Below, piece by piece: positions 50,808-64,000 of a stretch of 64,000 nt of DNA. This stretch comes from Azolla caroliniana (lineage: Eukaryota > Plantae > Polypodiophyta). The first letter of the stretch is position 1. Every line of letters starts with the position of its first letter. The notes below the pieces were generated by a model that was given only the letters and a program-made list of their open reading frames with translations, searched no databases and was not told where the DNA came from. The stretch lies in assembly GCA_043228905.1 (NCBI GenBank), contig JBHGNT010000011.1, positions 2,294,001 through 2,358,000 on the forward strand, read 5' to 3'. Both the position numbers and the translations under genes were made by a program.

Positions 50808-52680
50808 ATGGACGGGAAAGGAAGCACATATATGGATAAGCGATATGTTTAATGATGCATTGCAACATGGTATGCCGTACGATTGGACTACAAATTGGAT
50901 CAAACCTTTACATAAAGGTGGAGATATAAATAATGTAAACAACTATCGGACCATCATGGTTGGCTCATTAATGGCAAAACTATTTGGATGTATAATGGAA
51001 TCAAAGATAAGTGTATGGGCTGAAAAAAGTGGTAAGAGAGCTTATGGACAAGTTGGCTTTCGAAAACACCATAGCACCATTGATCACCTTATCACCCTTC
51101 GAGTATTAATGGAGGAAAGTTGCCTTAGAGGTAAAGGTTTATATTGTTGCTTTGTAGACTTCAAGAAAGCTTTTGATATGGTACCTCGTGAGCATCTTTG
51201 GAGGCGAATGGAAGAACTTGAGGTGCCAAGTGAATATATGCTTGCAATTTCCCGAATTTATGAGAAGGTTATATGTTGTGTGCGTATGAGAGATAAACTT
51301 TCAGATTTTTTCAAAAGCACTATTGGTGTTAAGCAAGGATGCCCACTCTCACCAACACTATTTGGTCTATGCATTGATGAATTGGAAGAAATGGTTACCA
51401 AGTTTGCAAAGGAAGAATGTGTTGAAGAAGTTTCCATTGGGAATGTTGTGATTATGCTTTTGCTATATGCAGATGATGTAGTGCTTTTTGCAAATACTTT
51501 AGGAGATGCACACAAGCTTATGAAGGCCTTGGAAAAATTTTGCATGCATACTAAATTAAGTGTCAATAGCTCTAAAACAAAGATTATGCTTGTGAAGAGC
51601 CAAAAAAGAGATAAACCATGCATTATGTACAACAATGAGCCACTTGAATGTGTGGAAAGCTTCAAATATCTTGGCCTTGAACTTCCTTCAAATCATAGAT
51701 GGAATGAATGTGCTACACGCCGCTTAGAGGCGGGCAAGCGAGCATACTATGCATTTGAGAACACATGCAATCTTAGAGATATTAAGTGTTGGGTCCTCAA
51801 GAAATATCTTTTCGACACTTTGGTGACACCGGTTCTTCTCTATGGGGTGGAAGTATGGGGCGGTAACATCCCTAAATCTATGTGGAAAGAGTTTGAAAAT
51901 GTCCAAAAGCATTTTCTTACCAAGTTTCTACAAGTTAAGAAACAAACGCCCTACACCCTCCTTCTCCTTGAGACGGGATCGCTTCCCATTGAGATCATGG
52001 CCATGGAAAGGGTTGTTGAATACATGCTTAAGGTTCAAAAAAGTCCCTCACATCAACTTCCTAGAATTGCGTGGGAAGCAAGCAAAAAGATCCAAAAGAT
52101 GCATAAAAGCAAAATTTTGTGTTCCGGTTGGATGCAAGATATAGAAAAATGGTTTGGTAGATGGGATGCGAGACACTTGCTTCATGATGCATCATTAGAT
52201 TCCTCTGTAAATGAGGCATTTTTGCAACGCCAATGTATCATGACATGGGACAAATGTGGAGGCTCACGCTTCACACATTATACTACACATGTTGCACCTA
52301 ACTACAAAACCATATTCTTTGTGGAACGGGGAAATCGTACACATCCATACATGTTAGAGCCCATACCGTTATCTTCCATTCGAACCATTGCTTCCATGCG
52401 ACTTAGCTCACATGCATTGCGATGTGAAACATGGCGTTGGGGTACAAGTGATGAGAGTGGTCGGCTATGCACACTTTGCCCTAAACAAGTTCGCGAGTCT
52501 GAGTATCACACTTTGATACAATGCTCTGCCTTTGATCATATTCAACCATGCTTTCCACATCTCTTCGATCGAGCCCAATCTTTGCAGGAATTCCTCTCAT
52601 GCAAAGATGTAATTGCAACATTCATTGGTAAAGTTCTTGAACATCGAGAGTCACTACTCACTTTCACACGTATCATGTGA
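50808..52680 (+). pseudogene. LINE ORF2 3' part: reverse transcriptase and CCHC finger
   Basis: Motifs PLHKGGD..NYRTI, QVGFR, FVDFKKAFD, GVKQGCPLSPTLF, LLYADD, FKYLG, RLSSHALRCE and CTLC...EYH...C. Confidence 0.95.
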
Positions 52681-53093
52681 AATGTAATTTTTTGGTCTCA
52701 TAGGTCATATTTGACCTCCGAAGACGATAATATAATCTATCTATCTATCTATCTATCTATCTCTCTCTCTCTTTGTCATCTCTTTTCCTCTCTCTCCCCT
52801 TCACGTTGAACCCCCTTGGGAGGGGGGTGGAGCCATTCTAGGCACCACCCCCCACCCCGCAATGCTTCTTAATGATTCTCAACATCTTCATCTCAATCTC
52901 TCTCACCATCATACTCTCCACTATCTTCACTATTCCACCATTTCTATCGTCGTCATCGATAATCATCATTACCATTAACCCTAACCCTAAAACGTACAAC
53001 ATAATGCTCGCCCATGATAGGTTTACATCACGACATGATGTTATGACTATCTCTCTGACCTTATCCTATTTCTTTTCCAGAAATAATCATTTA

Positions 53094-56000
53094 ATGGCTC
53101 AAAATAACGACCCGATGTCCTCCGCTCAAGCGGAAGGAACTCAAGGTAATCCTCCTAGACAAATGTCCATTGAGATGTATTTTTCGCAAATAACCCAATA
53201 CCATAGTTTCACCGCTCAACAGATGACTGAACTTCGGCAATCTCAAAGTGCTCTCAAGGCATGTGTCATTAGTCTACAACGTGAGATTAATAGACCTGAT
53301 GAGCGACAGGGTGAACCATCGTTTGTCGTTAAGCCATTTACGGGAGACAAAAAGGAAAGAACCGAAGAAGCAATCTGCACGTGGCTGGGCCGATGGGAGT
53401 CTCATTTTGAGCTCTATCCCACGCCAGATAGTACGAAGATTGCATATGTCGGTCGAGAACTAGGGGGTAAGGCCGCCGCCTGGTGGCGTGGGCTCCGTAC
53501 GTTGGGGAAATTGCCCGATACCTGGACAGATTTTGTCACAGTTTTCAAGGGCCAATTTCTGCAACCTCCCTCTCGAACCGAGGCAGCACAAGCTTTAATG
53601 AACCTCTCTAGTCGGAAATATTCCTCGCTAGAAGATTATGTCCACCATGCTAGAACCCAAATCCAAAAGTCGGGTCTAGAAGGGGACAATTGGTTAATAG
53701 CTTGTTTTGTCAATGGCATCCCCAATTCGGACTATCACTAGATAGTGCACGATAAGGATCCAAAATCCTTCGAAGAGGCCGTTGAAATAGTTCTTCGCTA
53801 TCAACGCACTTCGAAGAAGGACCACAACAAACCCAACGAAGCGCCCGGGACTAAGCAGTCGCAATTCGCTGGGAAACGCAAGACACCCAACGAATTCATG
53901 GATCGCGATTGTAAGCGACAACATAATTTTTGCGTATTCTACAAAAAGAAGGGTCATACAAAAGATCAATGTCGAAAGCTCCAACGGAAAGAGCACGACA
54001 ACAAAGCTAAAGCTGCAGACCATAAAGGTCAGATTCCTAATGTCCTTCAGGTCTATACACATCATTTAAGTAATTGTCAATGTTCTTTCCCTCACTATGT
54101 ATTGGGTCCCAATGATTCACTACGTGCAAACGGGTATATCAATGGATCTCCCGTACAATTTTGTGAATGATCGTTTGGTTCAGATATGGGGAATCCAACC
54201 CACCGTAAGTGATCACACCTACACGGTGCACTTGGCTGATGGAAGAGTACAATACATCAACGAGGCGATTCATTCATTAGGAATTTCTATTGATACTTAT
54301 ATAGAGGAAGTAGACTTCCATGTAATGAATCTTTGTACCACCAATGTAATACTGGGTTATCCCTGGTTCTATAATAAAAGCTCTTCTTTATCTATTGATT
54401 GGGTTCATCATTCAATTACATTTGTACTGAACGACTGTACTCATTTTATTCAATGTGTAAAAAAACAATCCCTCTCGATTGTTTCCTCGTGTCCGTCAAT
54501 ATCTGAGTTGTCTTGTTCTACTCTATTTTATTGTGTACTTGATCCGGACATTCACATTTACAATATCGATAATGTCTCAGTTCAATTAACATATTTTGAA
54601 CAACAACAACTTGATGAAATCTTAAATGATTTTCGTGATGTTTTTCCGAGTGAACTACCAGATGGCTTACCTCCTAAACGTAATATAGACCATCGTATAG
54701 ATATTGTACCTGGTGTTGCACCAATAAGTATACCTCCTTATCGCTTAAGTCGATCCGAAGAGGATGAGGTATCTAAGCAACTCAAGGACTATTTACGAAT
54801 GGGTTATATACGTTATAGTAAATCTCCATGGGGTGCACCAGTTCTCTTGGTTAAAAAGAAAGAGGGCACATGGCGTATGTGTATTAATTACCGACGCTTG
54901 AATAAAGTGACGATCAAGAATTCGTATCCCTTGCCCCGGGTTGACGATCTAATTGACCGTCTCCAGGGAGCTCGGTATTTTACGAAACTTGATCTCTGTA
55001 CTGGCTACCATCAAATTCGTATAAGTGAGGACAATGTTCCTAAAACTGCATTTTGTATGCGCTATGGCCATTATGAGTTTTTGGTTATGCCTTTTGGTTT
55101 GACCAATGCTCCGGCTACATTTCAACAAGAAATGAATGACATTTTCTGAGAACAACTTGGAAAATTTGTCGTTATTTTCTTGGATGATATTTTAGTTTAT
55201 AGTCGTACATTACAAGAACATGCTAAACATGTCCGCTTTGTTTTACAAACATTGCATGAGAAACAGTTTTACGCGAAGATCTCAAAATGTGAGTTCTTCA
55301 AGAAATCAATTACTTATCTTGGAAATCTCATAACCAAACGAGGAGTTGAAATTGATCCTTCTCGCATTGAGAAAATCAAGCTTTGGCCCACTCTTCGGAA
55401 TATTCGAGAAGTTCAATCATTCCTTGGTTTTGTCGGGTTTTTGCGAAAATCCCTTCGTAATTACTCCTAATTGACGACGTCGTTTACTGATCTTCTAAAA
55501 GCTCAAACGCATAAGTCTACAAAACCTATTGTCTGGAATGCTACACTAGACCTCGCCTTTAAGGAACTCAAGGACCTGGTATGCAAGGCTCCTTCACTTC
55601 TTTTACCCGATCCTGCAAAACCTTTTGAGGTTGAAACCGATGCAAGCGATTATGCTATAGGTGTGTGTTGTCTTATATCAAGATGGTAAACCAATAACAT
55701 TCGAGAGTAAGAAACTTGATTCTGCTCAATGTCGGTATACCGTTCAAGAAAAGGAATTATTTGCAGTTATACATGCACTCAAAACATGGTGTCATTATCT
55801 TTATGGAAATCGCTTTGTGGTAACTACGGACCACGAGTCCTTGAAATATTTTTGTGACCAACAAGACCTGAAAGGTCGTAAGGCACGATGGGCTGATCTC
55901 ATCCGGGACTTTGATTTTTCCATACGATATCGTAAAGGTTCCATGAACACTGTCGCTGATGCACTAAGTCGCATTCGTGAAGTTAACACGCTTAACTTCA

Positions 56001-57460
56001 CTGAAATATCATCAGATCTTTATGATCACCTTCGAGGAAAGTATCCTGATGACAGTTATTTCGCAAAATACTGGGCAAGAGTTGAGTCTGGAACAGACAC
56101 CACCACATCCTCGAAGGAATACTTCCACATTGCTAACGGTCTGCTCTACCGTAATGGGAAGGTTTGTGTTCCAGATTTACCCCAGGTCAAAAAGAGGATT
56201 CTTTTTTAATGCCATGACGCACCCTCAGCAGGGCACCCTAGAATACATCGTACACTCATTCTTCATCTCCACTCAATTTTATTGGCCTAAGATGCGTCTT
56301 GACATACATAGTTATGTGACTAAATGTCACCAATGTCAGGTTAACAAAGCCGAGCGACTTAAAGCCGCAAGACTTTTACATCCCTTGGAAATTCCCAATA
56401 ATAAGTGGGAAAGTATATCCATGGATTTTATTGTTAGCCTTCCTCGCACCCAAAAAGGCCATGATGCCATCTGGGTTGTGGTTGATCGACTAACTAAAAT
56501 GGCCAGATTAATTGCTACAAAAACCACGGTAACAGCTCCTGAATTGGCTTACCAATTCGTTGACGAGTTATTTCGTTTTTATGGGTTACCGATGGATATC
56601 GTGAGTGATTGAGATCCAAAATTTACTAGTGACTTCTGGACGCAAGTCTTTAAGAAGTTAGAAACTACGTTGAGCATGAGCTCCACGGATCATCCTCAAT
56701 TCGATGGACAAACAGAACGAGTAAATCAAATTATTGAGGACATGCTTCGAGCATATGTTGGTGCAAAACCAACAAAATGGGAACGTTATCTCCCAATTTT
56801 GGAGTTTGCTTATAACAGCTCCAAGCATACGTCGACGTGATATAGTCCTTTTATGTTGATGTATGTTTTTCAGCCACGAGCCCCGATTGATGTTACTATA
56901 CATCATGATGAGTTGCGAAGTACGCAAAACTTTCTTCGGGATATGCAAGATATGTTGCATATTGCACGAGATAATATAAAAACAGCTCAAGATAGAGCCC
57001 GTTTTTATGCCGATCATCATAGGCAACCTCGTGTATTCAACCCTAGACAGAAGGTATTTTTACGTGTACCTCACAATTCTAAGACATTGTCTATGGGTAA
57101 GTGCGCTAAGTTAGCCCCACGGTTTTGTGGACCTTTTACAGTCCTCAAACGCATTGGGTCATCAGCCTATCGTCTCGCTCTTCCCGATGGTGTTGGAATT
57201 CATCCAGTCTTTCATGTGAGTCGTCTAAAATAACTTCTAGGTTCTGGTGACAATACAATTACAACTAAAACTCTAGTTACTTCTGAAGAATTATCTTCTA
57301 AAACACATGTACCAGAAAGAATTCTCGATGTTAAAACAAAAAAACTACGTACTAAAGAAATCCGAGAATTTAAAATAAAATGGATGGATAAATCAATAAA
57401 AGATGCTAGCTAGGAACGTGAAAATACTCTCAAAACTAACTTCCCTAACTTTCCATTGTA
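53094..57460 (+). pseudogene. Gypsy gag-pol (gag, PR, RT, RNase H, integrase, chromodomain), disrupted
   Basis: GKAAAWW, CVFYKKKGH...[50 protein letters not shown] and IHPVFHVSRLK. Chromodomain-like PERILDVK...EFKIKW at about 57310-57440. Multiple stops and frameshifts. Confidence 0.95.
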
Positions 57461-58712
57461 AGATTGCAATGTTTTAAAGAGGGGGAGTATGTTACGGGCA
57501 TGACCATATAATATCCCGTGGTAAGAATTTACTGTAGTATTCTATACACGTGGATAAGTGTGAGGGTTAAACGAGAGTGTAGAGAAGGGGAGGATTACTT
57601 TTAAATCCTCGGGATTGAGACAACCCATTAGGCCAAGTGTGAACTTACCTGGGGGCCTTGGGTATCGCTATAAATAAGAGGCCTAACTACCCTCATTTGA
57701 CTATCTGGTTGACTACGTCGAGACTCTGTCTTGTGGTGGGTCAACTCTTGTAGCGAGCGCGCCAGCACCAAGTACGACTCGACGCCACGGCGGTGGTATG
57801 GGACGCCGATCGAGGCTCGAGTCCATCTCGATCCCTTCGCTCGGGGGTGGTCAGGTGGATCGGCACCCTTCTTTCTCTCTCTCCTTTCTTTCTATCTACC
57901 TAGATCTATCCTTATCTAATGCTTACTTTAGTACATGTCTCTAATATTTGGAGTTCAACAAGTTTAGTTCATACTTATAGTAAGCTAATTTTGAAAATAT
58001 AGGAACTAAAGTTGGTGGATGGTCCAAGTCACATGGTATTGATTTTGGTGAGCATAACCATAACCAATGAGAAAGCAAGACACTGCACCTCATTTTTTGG
58101 AAAAAGAAGAAGACAATGCACCTCATACAGACACCTCCGTAGAAATATTTAGAGTGAGAGATTGATTTGCGAGAATAGGTCTCTGTCTATTTAATACAGG
58201 GAATGTAACAACACTTGAGCAACATCAATGTAGATATATGATAACACAATAACACAACAACTTTTAAACACCTATTTCCATTAATGTCTCCCTAAAATGC
58301 ATGACAATGCGAGCTTTTGCAAAAAAGCCAGGTGCAATGGTCCATCATGCTTCCATATGGAAATTTGGCATGACCAACACCGTCATCATAAATAACATTG
58401 TCATTTTCTTTGAAGTGTTTCAGGTGGAGCCTCAATGCGTTGCATCATGTGTATGTATTGGGGATTATGACCTAACAAAGACTATATCCAATTCAAACTT
58501 TGAGAGGGTGGGACATCGATACCATTAAAGTGACCTAAGTGTTGAGAGACATTACCTTGTTCTAATATTTGACCATGTCATCCAATGCTAAGAATGCTTT
58601 CCAATGCATAAATAAACTAAGATGTATGTATTTTAATATGTAATCCTAGGCTGAAGGCAAATAAAATCCACACTTCCATGGCTTTAGCTATATTAATAGT
58701 TACATACACAAA

Positions 58713-58831
58713 TCATTTGCCAATGCTTGAGTTATCAAATGTCATTTACCAATGCTTGAGTTATCAAATGTCATTTACCAATGCTTGAGTTATCAAATGT
58801 CATTTACCAATGCTTGAGTTATCAAATGTCA
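58713..58831. repeat. 29-bp tandem repeat, 4 copies
   Basis: TCATTTACCAATGCTTGAGTTATCAAATG at 58713, 58742, 58771 and 58800. Confidence 0.93.
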
Positions 58832-60849
58832 CTAGTTTGAAAGCATTAGTCAAAGAAGGGCATGTTACTATATGGTTTGACATTATTGGAAGCTCCTTGC
58901 ATATAATGCCCATAGTTCTTTGTGCATGCTCACAACCTAAGATAATATCCACTTTCTTGCAATGTAAAAAGCTACAATAATTAATATAAAATATATATCG
59001 ATGAACCTTATCAGCTAAGGTTTACAATATACATTGAGGTCATGGGGTCAAGTTCCTCACATGATGTATGACCATCTATATTATCTTGATAGCATCCCCC
59101 TCCTTCGATAACTAGTTACATGAATTGTAGTCTACAAATTGAGACTTGATTTATTAAGATACAAAGTATGAAATTTTGGTACAAGAGTTGGGACATTTGT
59201 AAGATTATCTATGGGTTCCCAAGTCATATCGTCGGGTGTTTTATGTAACTAATGCATGCGGGAATATAACTTGTTATGCATAATACAGAAGTCCATAATA
59301 ACTTCAAGCTTATACTTTGATCCATTTTACCAAATTGAAATGGAGGTCGAGGAGCACCATAATTTGTAGAGGTAGAAACGTAGGGTCTCAAAATTGGGAT
59401 CTGAGTGTTGGATGGAGATGGATAAGTGAAGGAAGATCTAAATAAAACGCAAATAGCTAGATTTGGGAAGAGATTGTGAATGGAGTAAAACATATGTAAT
59501 CTAACTGCTTGTCGCATGGCCTAACAATCTTCACACTACACTATTCTAGCCACCTAAGAGGACTTGATTCTAATGGACAAAGATAGGACTCTCAAGGAGA
59601 TGTTAGATAGGAGAATTGACATAGAGTCTCTAGCTTTTCTTATTGCACTCTCAAGAGATATGATAAAGAAATTTGAAACATACTAAAAAGTGTGCCTAAT
59701 GAGCTTAATGTCGATTCAAGAGTCAACAGTTCTACAAATATGTGAGCTTCTTGTGATCATTATAGACGATGATCCAGTGAGAAGATATCGCTAAGAAGAG
59801 AATGCATTGCTCCAAAGACTCCATAATGACGAGAGCCTCTTTGCCACGGACCTTATAATTGGTCTTCGTGGCATTGAATTTTTGCCAATGAAAAGTGGCT
59901 AGATGTTATTGCCCATCACCATCGGTTTATGATAAGACAGATCAAGTGCAAAATCAAAAGCATAAGCTTTCATGAGATAATTGGTCAATAAGGGAAAAAA
60001 TAATTGGTCATGAGATAGGTTTCCTGTAATATTCCCTAATCTTTTTTATGAGTAAGTGTCATTAGTGAGAGCCACTACTTCCATGACTTAGTGCGCATAA
60101 TTTCTTTTATTGTCAACCACGTATGTTTTAATCTCCAACCAAGTTTCCGAGTTGGAGTGTGACATTCTACTACAATCCTCCACCTTCGATACATTAGAGT
60201 TTGGTCTTCAACGTGCACTTCTGAACTCCAACATGCATTACTAAGTTTCTTCAATATCAAGAGCCGATTTTACCTATACATCGAGACACATGGCGAGAGT
60301 GCGTCACTCTAGTTGCAAGGGTTATAATGACGAACGACCCTTGTAAAAAGGTTTAATATGATTCCACATCTATACGTCTCTCTAATCCAACAACAACATC
60401 ATGTCTATGTCCCTTTTCAAGCTTGGAGGATATAAAGGAGGTGAGCTCTTGGCAGAGTGAGAAGCTTCCATGTGGTGGTGTCGGGGCCGAGAAGTTAGTG
60501 CCAGTGGGAGGTAGGTTTCTCGAAACATGCCTCCTTCTGCTGTGTCTTTGCATCACTTGCATAGCCTAGACAATAATCGTCCGGAAATCGCCTCAATCAT
60601 CACTTGCATAGTCTAGATAATAAGTGTCTGAAAGTTGCGCCTCGATCAGTTTCCCTGCTTACCACACAAACAGGACATGCCTGTCCTGAAAGCCTTTTTA
60701 GGCCAGAAGAGATAGGAATATCCTCTCCTATGGAATATTCTCTTCCGAATGCCTCCCCCCCCCCAACCCCCTTCTTTAAGGGTGAGAAGGTATCATCATC
60801 ATCTTCTTCTTCTTCTTCTTCATCATCATCATCTTCTTCTTCTTCATCA

Positions 60850-63800
60850 ATGGATTCACTCAGGATCTCTGGCTTCATTCCATCTGCTTCATCTCAGAGC
60901 ATGGTAGCTGTCATGTCAGAGAAGAAGAAGCCCACGGCAGCCGGTTTCCCTTCCGTAGCTCCTCCCCATCGCTTCATTCTTCATCACTTCAAAGAGAAAC
61001 TTCTCCAACAGAAACAGAAGAACGCCTTCTCCACCATGGCTACATCTAGGTGCTCCTTTTTCTCCATCTTCTTCTAAGTTATTTTATTTTATTTTTTTAC
61101 CCAATGAAAAGAAAATTGGAACCAATTGAATATACATGCATGCCACTTTCTCAATGTATATCAATATATGTGTTAGAAAAACACTGAAAATCTCAAGTGT
61201 AATGTTGAAGAAGAGAGTCATTGAAAATAGGTATACAAGTGTTGTGTCTCTCAATAAGTTTGTAGGCATGCATTACAATGCCTTTAAGAACATGCATTAC
61301 CTTGATTAATCATCTAAATTAAAGTTAGAGATCAACCCATTTTCGTGTAGATGTTTTGCCTTATGCAAAGTCGGGATAGCCATGGTTTGGACCATAGCCC
61401 TATGGTTTAGAATTCATCTTATGGATAGTTTTGCCCAATGAAGAAACCTGGATAGCCATCGTTTTGACACTAAAACTTGGATTTATAGAATTACTAGGGG
61501 AAGTTGCCCTTACACAGATGTCTTTATCCATGCTGCTCCAGTGTGGACACTGGCAAGATACCCTCTTCTGTATGTATTTTCAATTCATTCTATCAGATTT
61601 TCCCAAGGTATGATTGGATATATAATCCACTGAGATGTCTTAAATTCAAATAAAGTGTAGCTATGTATCACAAATCCTTACCGGTTCAACGGTGGAGAAT
61701 GTGAATGCATAAGAGAAAGGATGAGAAACTGTATTTGCGTCTTATCTAATTAGTTTTCCCAATTTTGTGTATGTAGAAAGAAAAATCTTCTGTCATATCC
61801 TTGCCCATGGATGAAAGCCCCAAAAATCTTGTCAAGCTCTGTTCAAGGACAAAGGTTTTTTTGGAGAAGGCTTCACTCGCATTAAAAGAGTTAATCATGT
61901 TGTGAAGTGTGAAATGTGGAGTTAGTCCATATCATAATGTGAATCCCTAATCCTTAACCCAATAATGCAAAGATCGTTTTGGAGCTTGCTAGACAACACA
62001 CCTCAGGATTTGTCTTCTTGAATTCTTAATGATATGATTATGATCAGAGATAAACACTACAATGCAGATCTGAGACAACAAACATAAAACAGTGACACAC
62101 GATTTATGTGGAAACCCTAAAATCAGGGAAAACCACGGGGCTCAAGGCGAGCTAGAAATTCCACTATGAATCAAGAGTACACAGACAGATTACAAAGCTC
62201 CCTAGCTTGCTAGGGGAAAGCCTCAAAACAGAATGATGTGAAAACTAGAGAAAAGACAAAACTCACAATAGAACAATAGTGCATCAGAAATGACAATACC
62301 GTATTCAGGAGCATAGGAACCACAGGTCGTTGTCTGAAACTATTTATAGGGTTTGGGACAGATTCCACAAAACGAAGTCTGCACACTCTTCTTTGCACTC
62401 CCTCTCTCTCTATTGCACACTGTCTCTCTGTTCGACTCTCTTCACTCTATCTTCCTCACACACACAGTCTCAGCACTACCTTCTTTCTCCTTCCCTCTGT
62501 CTTCTTCGCTCAGCTCACACGCTAAGATAATAATACGTTACCCTAACTTCTACATATATATATATATATATATATATCTACTAGTTGGCTGACTGGTCGG
62601 TTCGACTGACTGACCCATAGTTCGACCTCTTGGGTTGATCCGACCGGTCGACCCTCACTTAGACCTTTCGGTTGAACCAACCGACTGATCCTCAAATCGG
62701 CTGACTGGTCGATCCGACCATTCGGTCCTCATTCCAGCTGATCTCTCCCGTCAAGAGAGACCCAATACATAACACTTAAATTATCAATCTTTTCTCCCCT
62801 TAGTTATCAACATCATATCCTCAATAATATTTTGCTTTACTACTTCAAAAGCTGTTCTAACAATGGAAATCGCAGCAATGTGGTCAAGCTTTCCTTTTTT
62901 CAGTTATCAGGTTTCTGAGTCTCAATACTAATTTGCTTCACTATTTAGGAATCTGTACACACTGTTTGTACAGGTGCATTTCATGCTAATTACTTAGATA
63001 GCTTTGTTGATCATCATTTGCTTTTATTGAATGAGATAATGCTTCTAATTGTATTCAGTGCCTGGTGCATCATGGTTACAACTACGTAGGAACAGGATGT
63101 GTTTGTAATATGCTTATACTTGACCATCACCTACACAAATTTGTGTAGGAACATGGATGTGTTTGTAACATGAGTATTCCTGAAGGAATACTCATGTTAC
63201 CATCACCTACAAAAGATGGTAACATGAGTATTCCTTCATTTATCTCTTCTGGACACAATCAGATTACATAATGCACATAGAAGAAGGATAGGGCCACATG
63301 GAATAAATACAATGTTGCAATAAGCATGGTCATAAGCAAAGAAATAATTTCCATCATGGGTTCACAGGTTTGATAAAATAAATAAATTCATGAGGCAAGA
63401 TTCCTCAATTAGTTGATTAGAAATCCTGCTCAAGTAACTCATTTCTGACATAAATTGAATACTTGTGCTATGTGAAATATATTTACTCTGCTGTTTTGCA
63501 GGTTGTAAGATCCATGATTAGGATCATTTAAATTTCACATATTCATTAGTTTGTGCAAGTATTATTAAGAAATTTGAGTATTTTCTGTGTTCATCATTGA
63601 CTTACTGGCTGTGGCTACTACTAAGATTGTCTTAGGTTATTCAATTTAGCCTTACTGCAAACTCATCTTTAATTTGAACTTTTATGTTTTCTGGTTTTAG
63701 TGAGAATTAGAGAGAACTGGTACATAGATATCAACTCATAACTACTGCACCTAAAAAACTTTTGTATGAAATCTGTAACAATAAAGCTTTCATAACATAT

Positions 63801-63949
63801 CATGTATCCTAAATTTTGAATGTAACCATGTTTGGAGAATAATATAGGGTCATAGACGCTCTTCAAGCCCAAGTGAATACTGAAGGTGTCAAATTTGAGA
63901 GTGGAGAAGGAGGTCTTCCAAAAATAGTGCTCACAGATGCAACTGGCAG
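60850..63949 (+). CDS. 5' part of an aldose/glucose-6-phosphate 1-epimerase-like gene; putative exons 60850-61049 and 63848-63949; continues beyond the window
   Basis: Exon 2 reads VIDALQAQVNTEGVKFESGEGGLPKIVLTDATG followed by GTATG, typical of the mutarotase-family N-terminus. It is phase-compatible with the donor at 61050. The start codon and exon 1 are uncertain. Confidence 0.62.
62030..62774. mobile_element. Intronic solo LTR
   Basis: TG...CA ends with TSD CTTAA at 62025-62029 and 62775-62779. Confidence 0.88.
63130..63238. repeat. Cluster of overlapping perfect inverted repeats
   Basis: 20-bp palindrome CCTACACAAATTTGTGTAGG (63130-63149), 17-bp stem at 63165-63200, and 24-bp stem with a 10-nt loop at 63181-63238. 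Confidence 0.9.
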
Positions 63950-64000
63950 GTATGAGAATTAAATTAACTACTTGCTCAATAAGGTGGTTTGTGTTGACAA

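Larger units (their letters stand above)
37274..52762 (+). mobile_element. Apparently full-length LINE (APE-RT-CCHC; RTEX/L2-group-like), split by a DNA transposon
   Basis: Contains ORF1, ORF2, a short 3' UTR with a stem-loop and a (TCTA)n tail. It is flanked on both sides by (TC)n (37219-37273 and about 52760-52772). Confidence 0.9.
34455..57946 (+). mobile_element. Ty3/Gypsy chromovirus-type LTR retrotransposon; host of the nested insertions
   Basis: 457-bp LTRs at 34455-34911 and 57490-57946 with about 16 mismatches by eye. TSD TTTGG at 34450-34454 and 57947-57951. PBS TGGTATCTGAGC (iMet-like) from 34914 and PPT AAAGAGGGGGAG before 57490. Confidence 0.95.

Noticed and set aside
59200-60300. 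Possible old retrotransposon remnant
   Set aside because: Too degenerate; no boundaries or diagnostic motifs could be read.

Overview
Eukaryotic, land-plant-like genomic DNA with spliceosomal introns and many microsatellites; a non-seed plant is my guess and is not established. It holds three host genes: a 7-exon plastid-type fructokinase (22029-25650), a single-exon PRLI-interacting-factor-A-like gene (30650-31771, minus), and the first exons of a hexose-6-phosphate 1-epimerase-like gene running off the right edge. Much of the rest is transposable elements with readable LTRs, TIRs and TSDs. The standout is a four-level nest: a chromodomain Gypsy element (34455-57946) contains a LINE (about 37274-52762), which contains an 11.1-kb TIR DNA transposon (39667-50803), which contains a young gag-only LTR element (45134-48649). 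The DNA transposon has 33-bp TIRs and a 4-bp TSD. It encodes a Sola-like DDD transposase with a BAH/Tudor-like C-terminus. Head-to-head with it is a 6-exon gene for a ParB-like domain fused to a bacterial/phage-type beta-class N6-adenine/N4-cytosine DNA methyltransferase (DIPY ... PYQKP ... DLFSGTG). All family assignments come from motif recognition by eye; no database searches were run.
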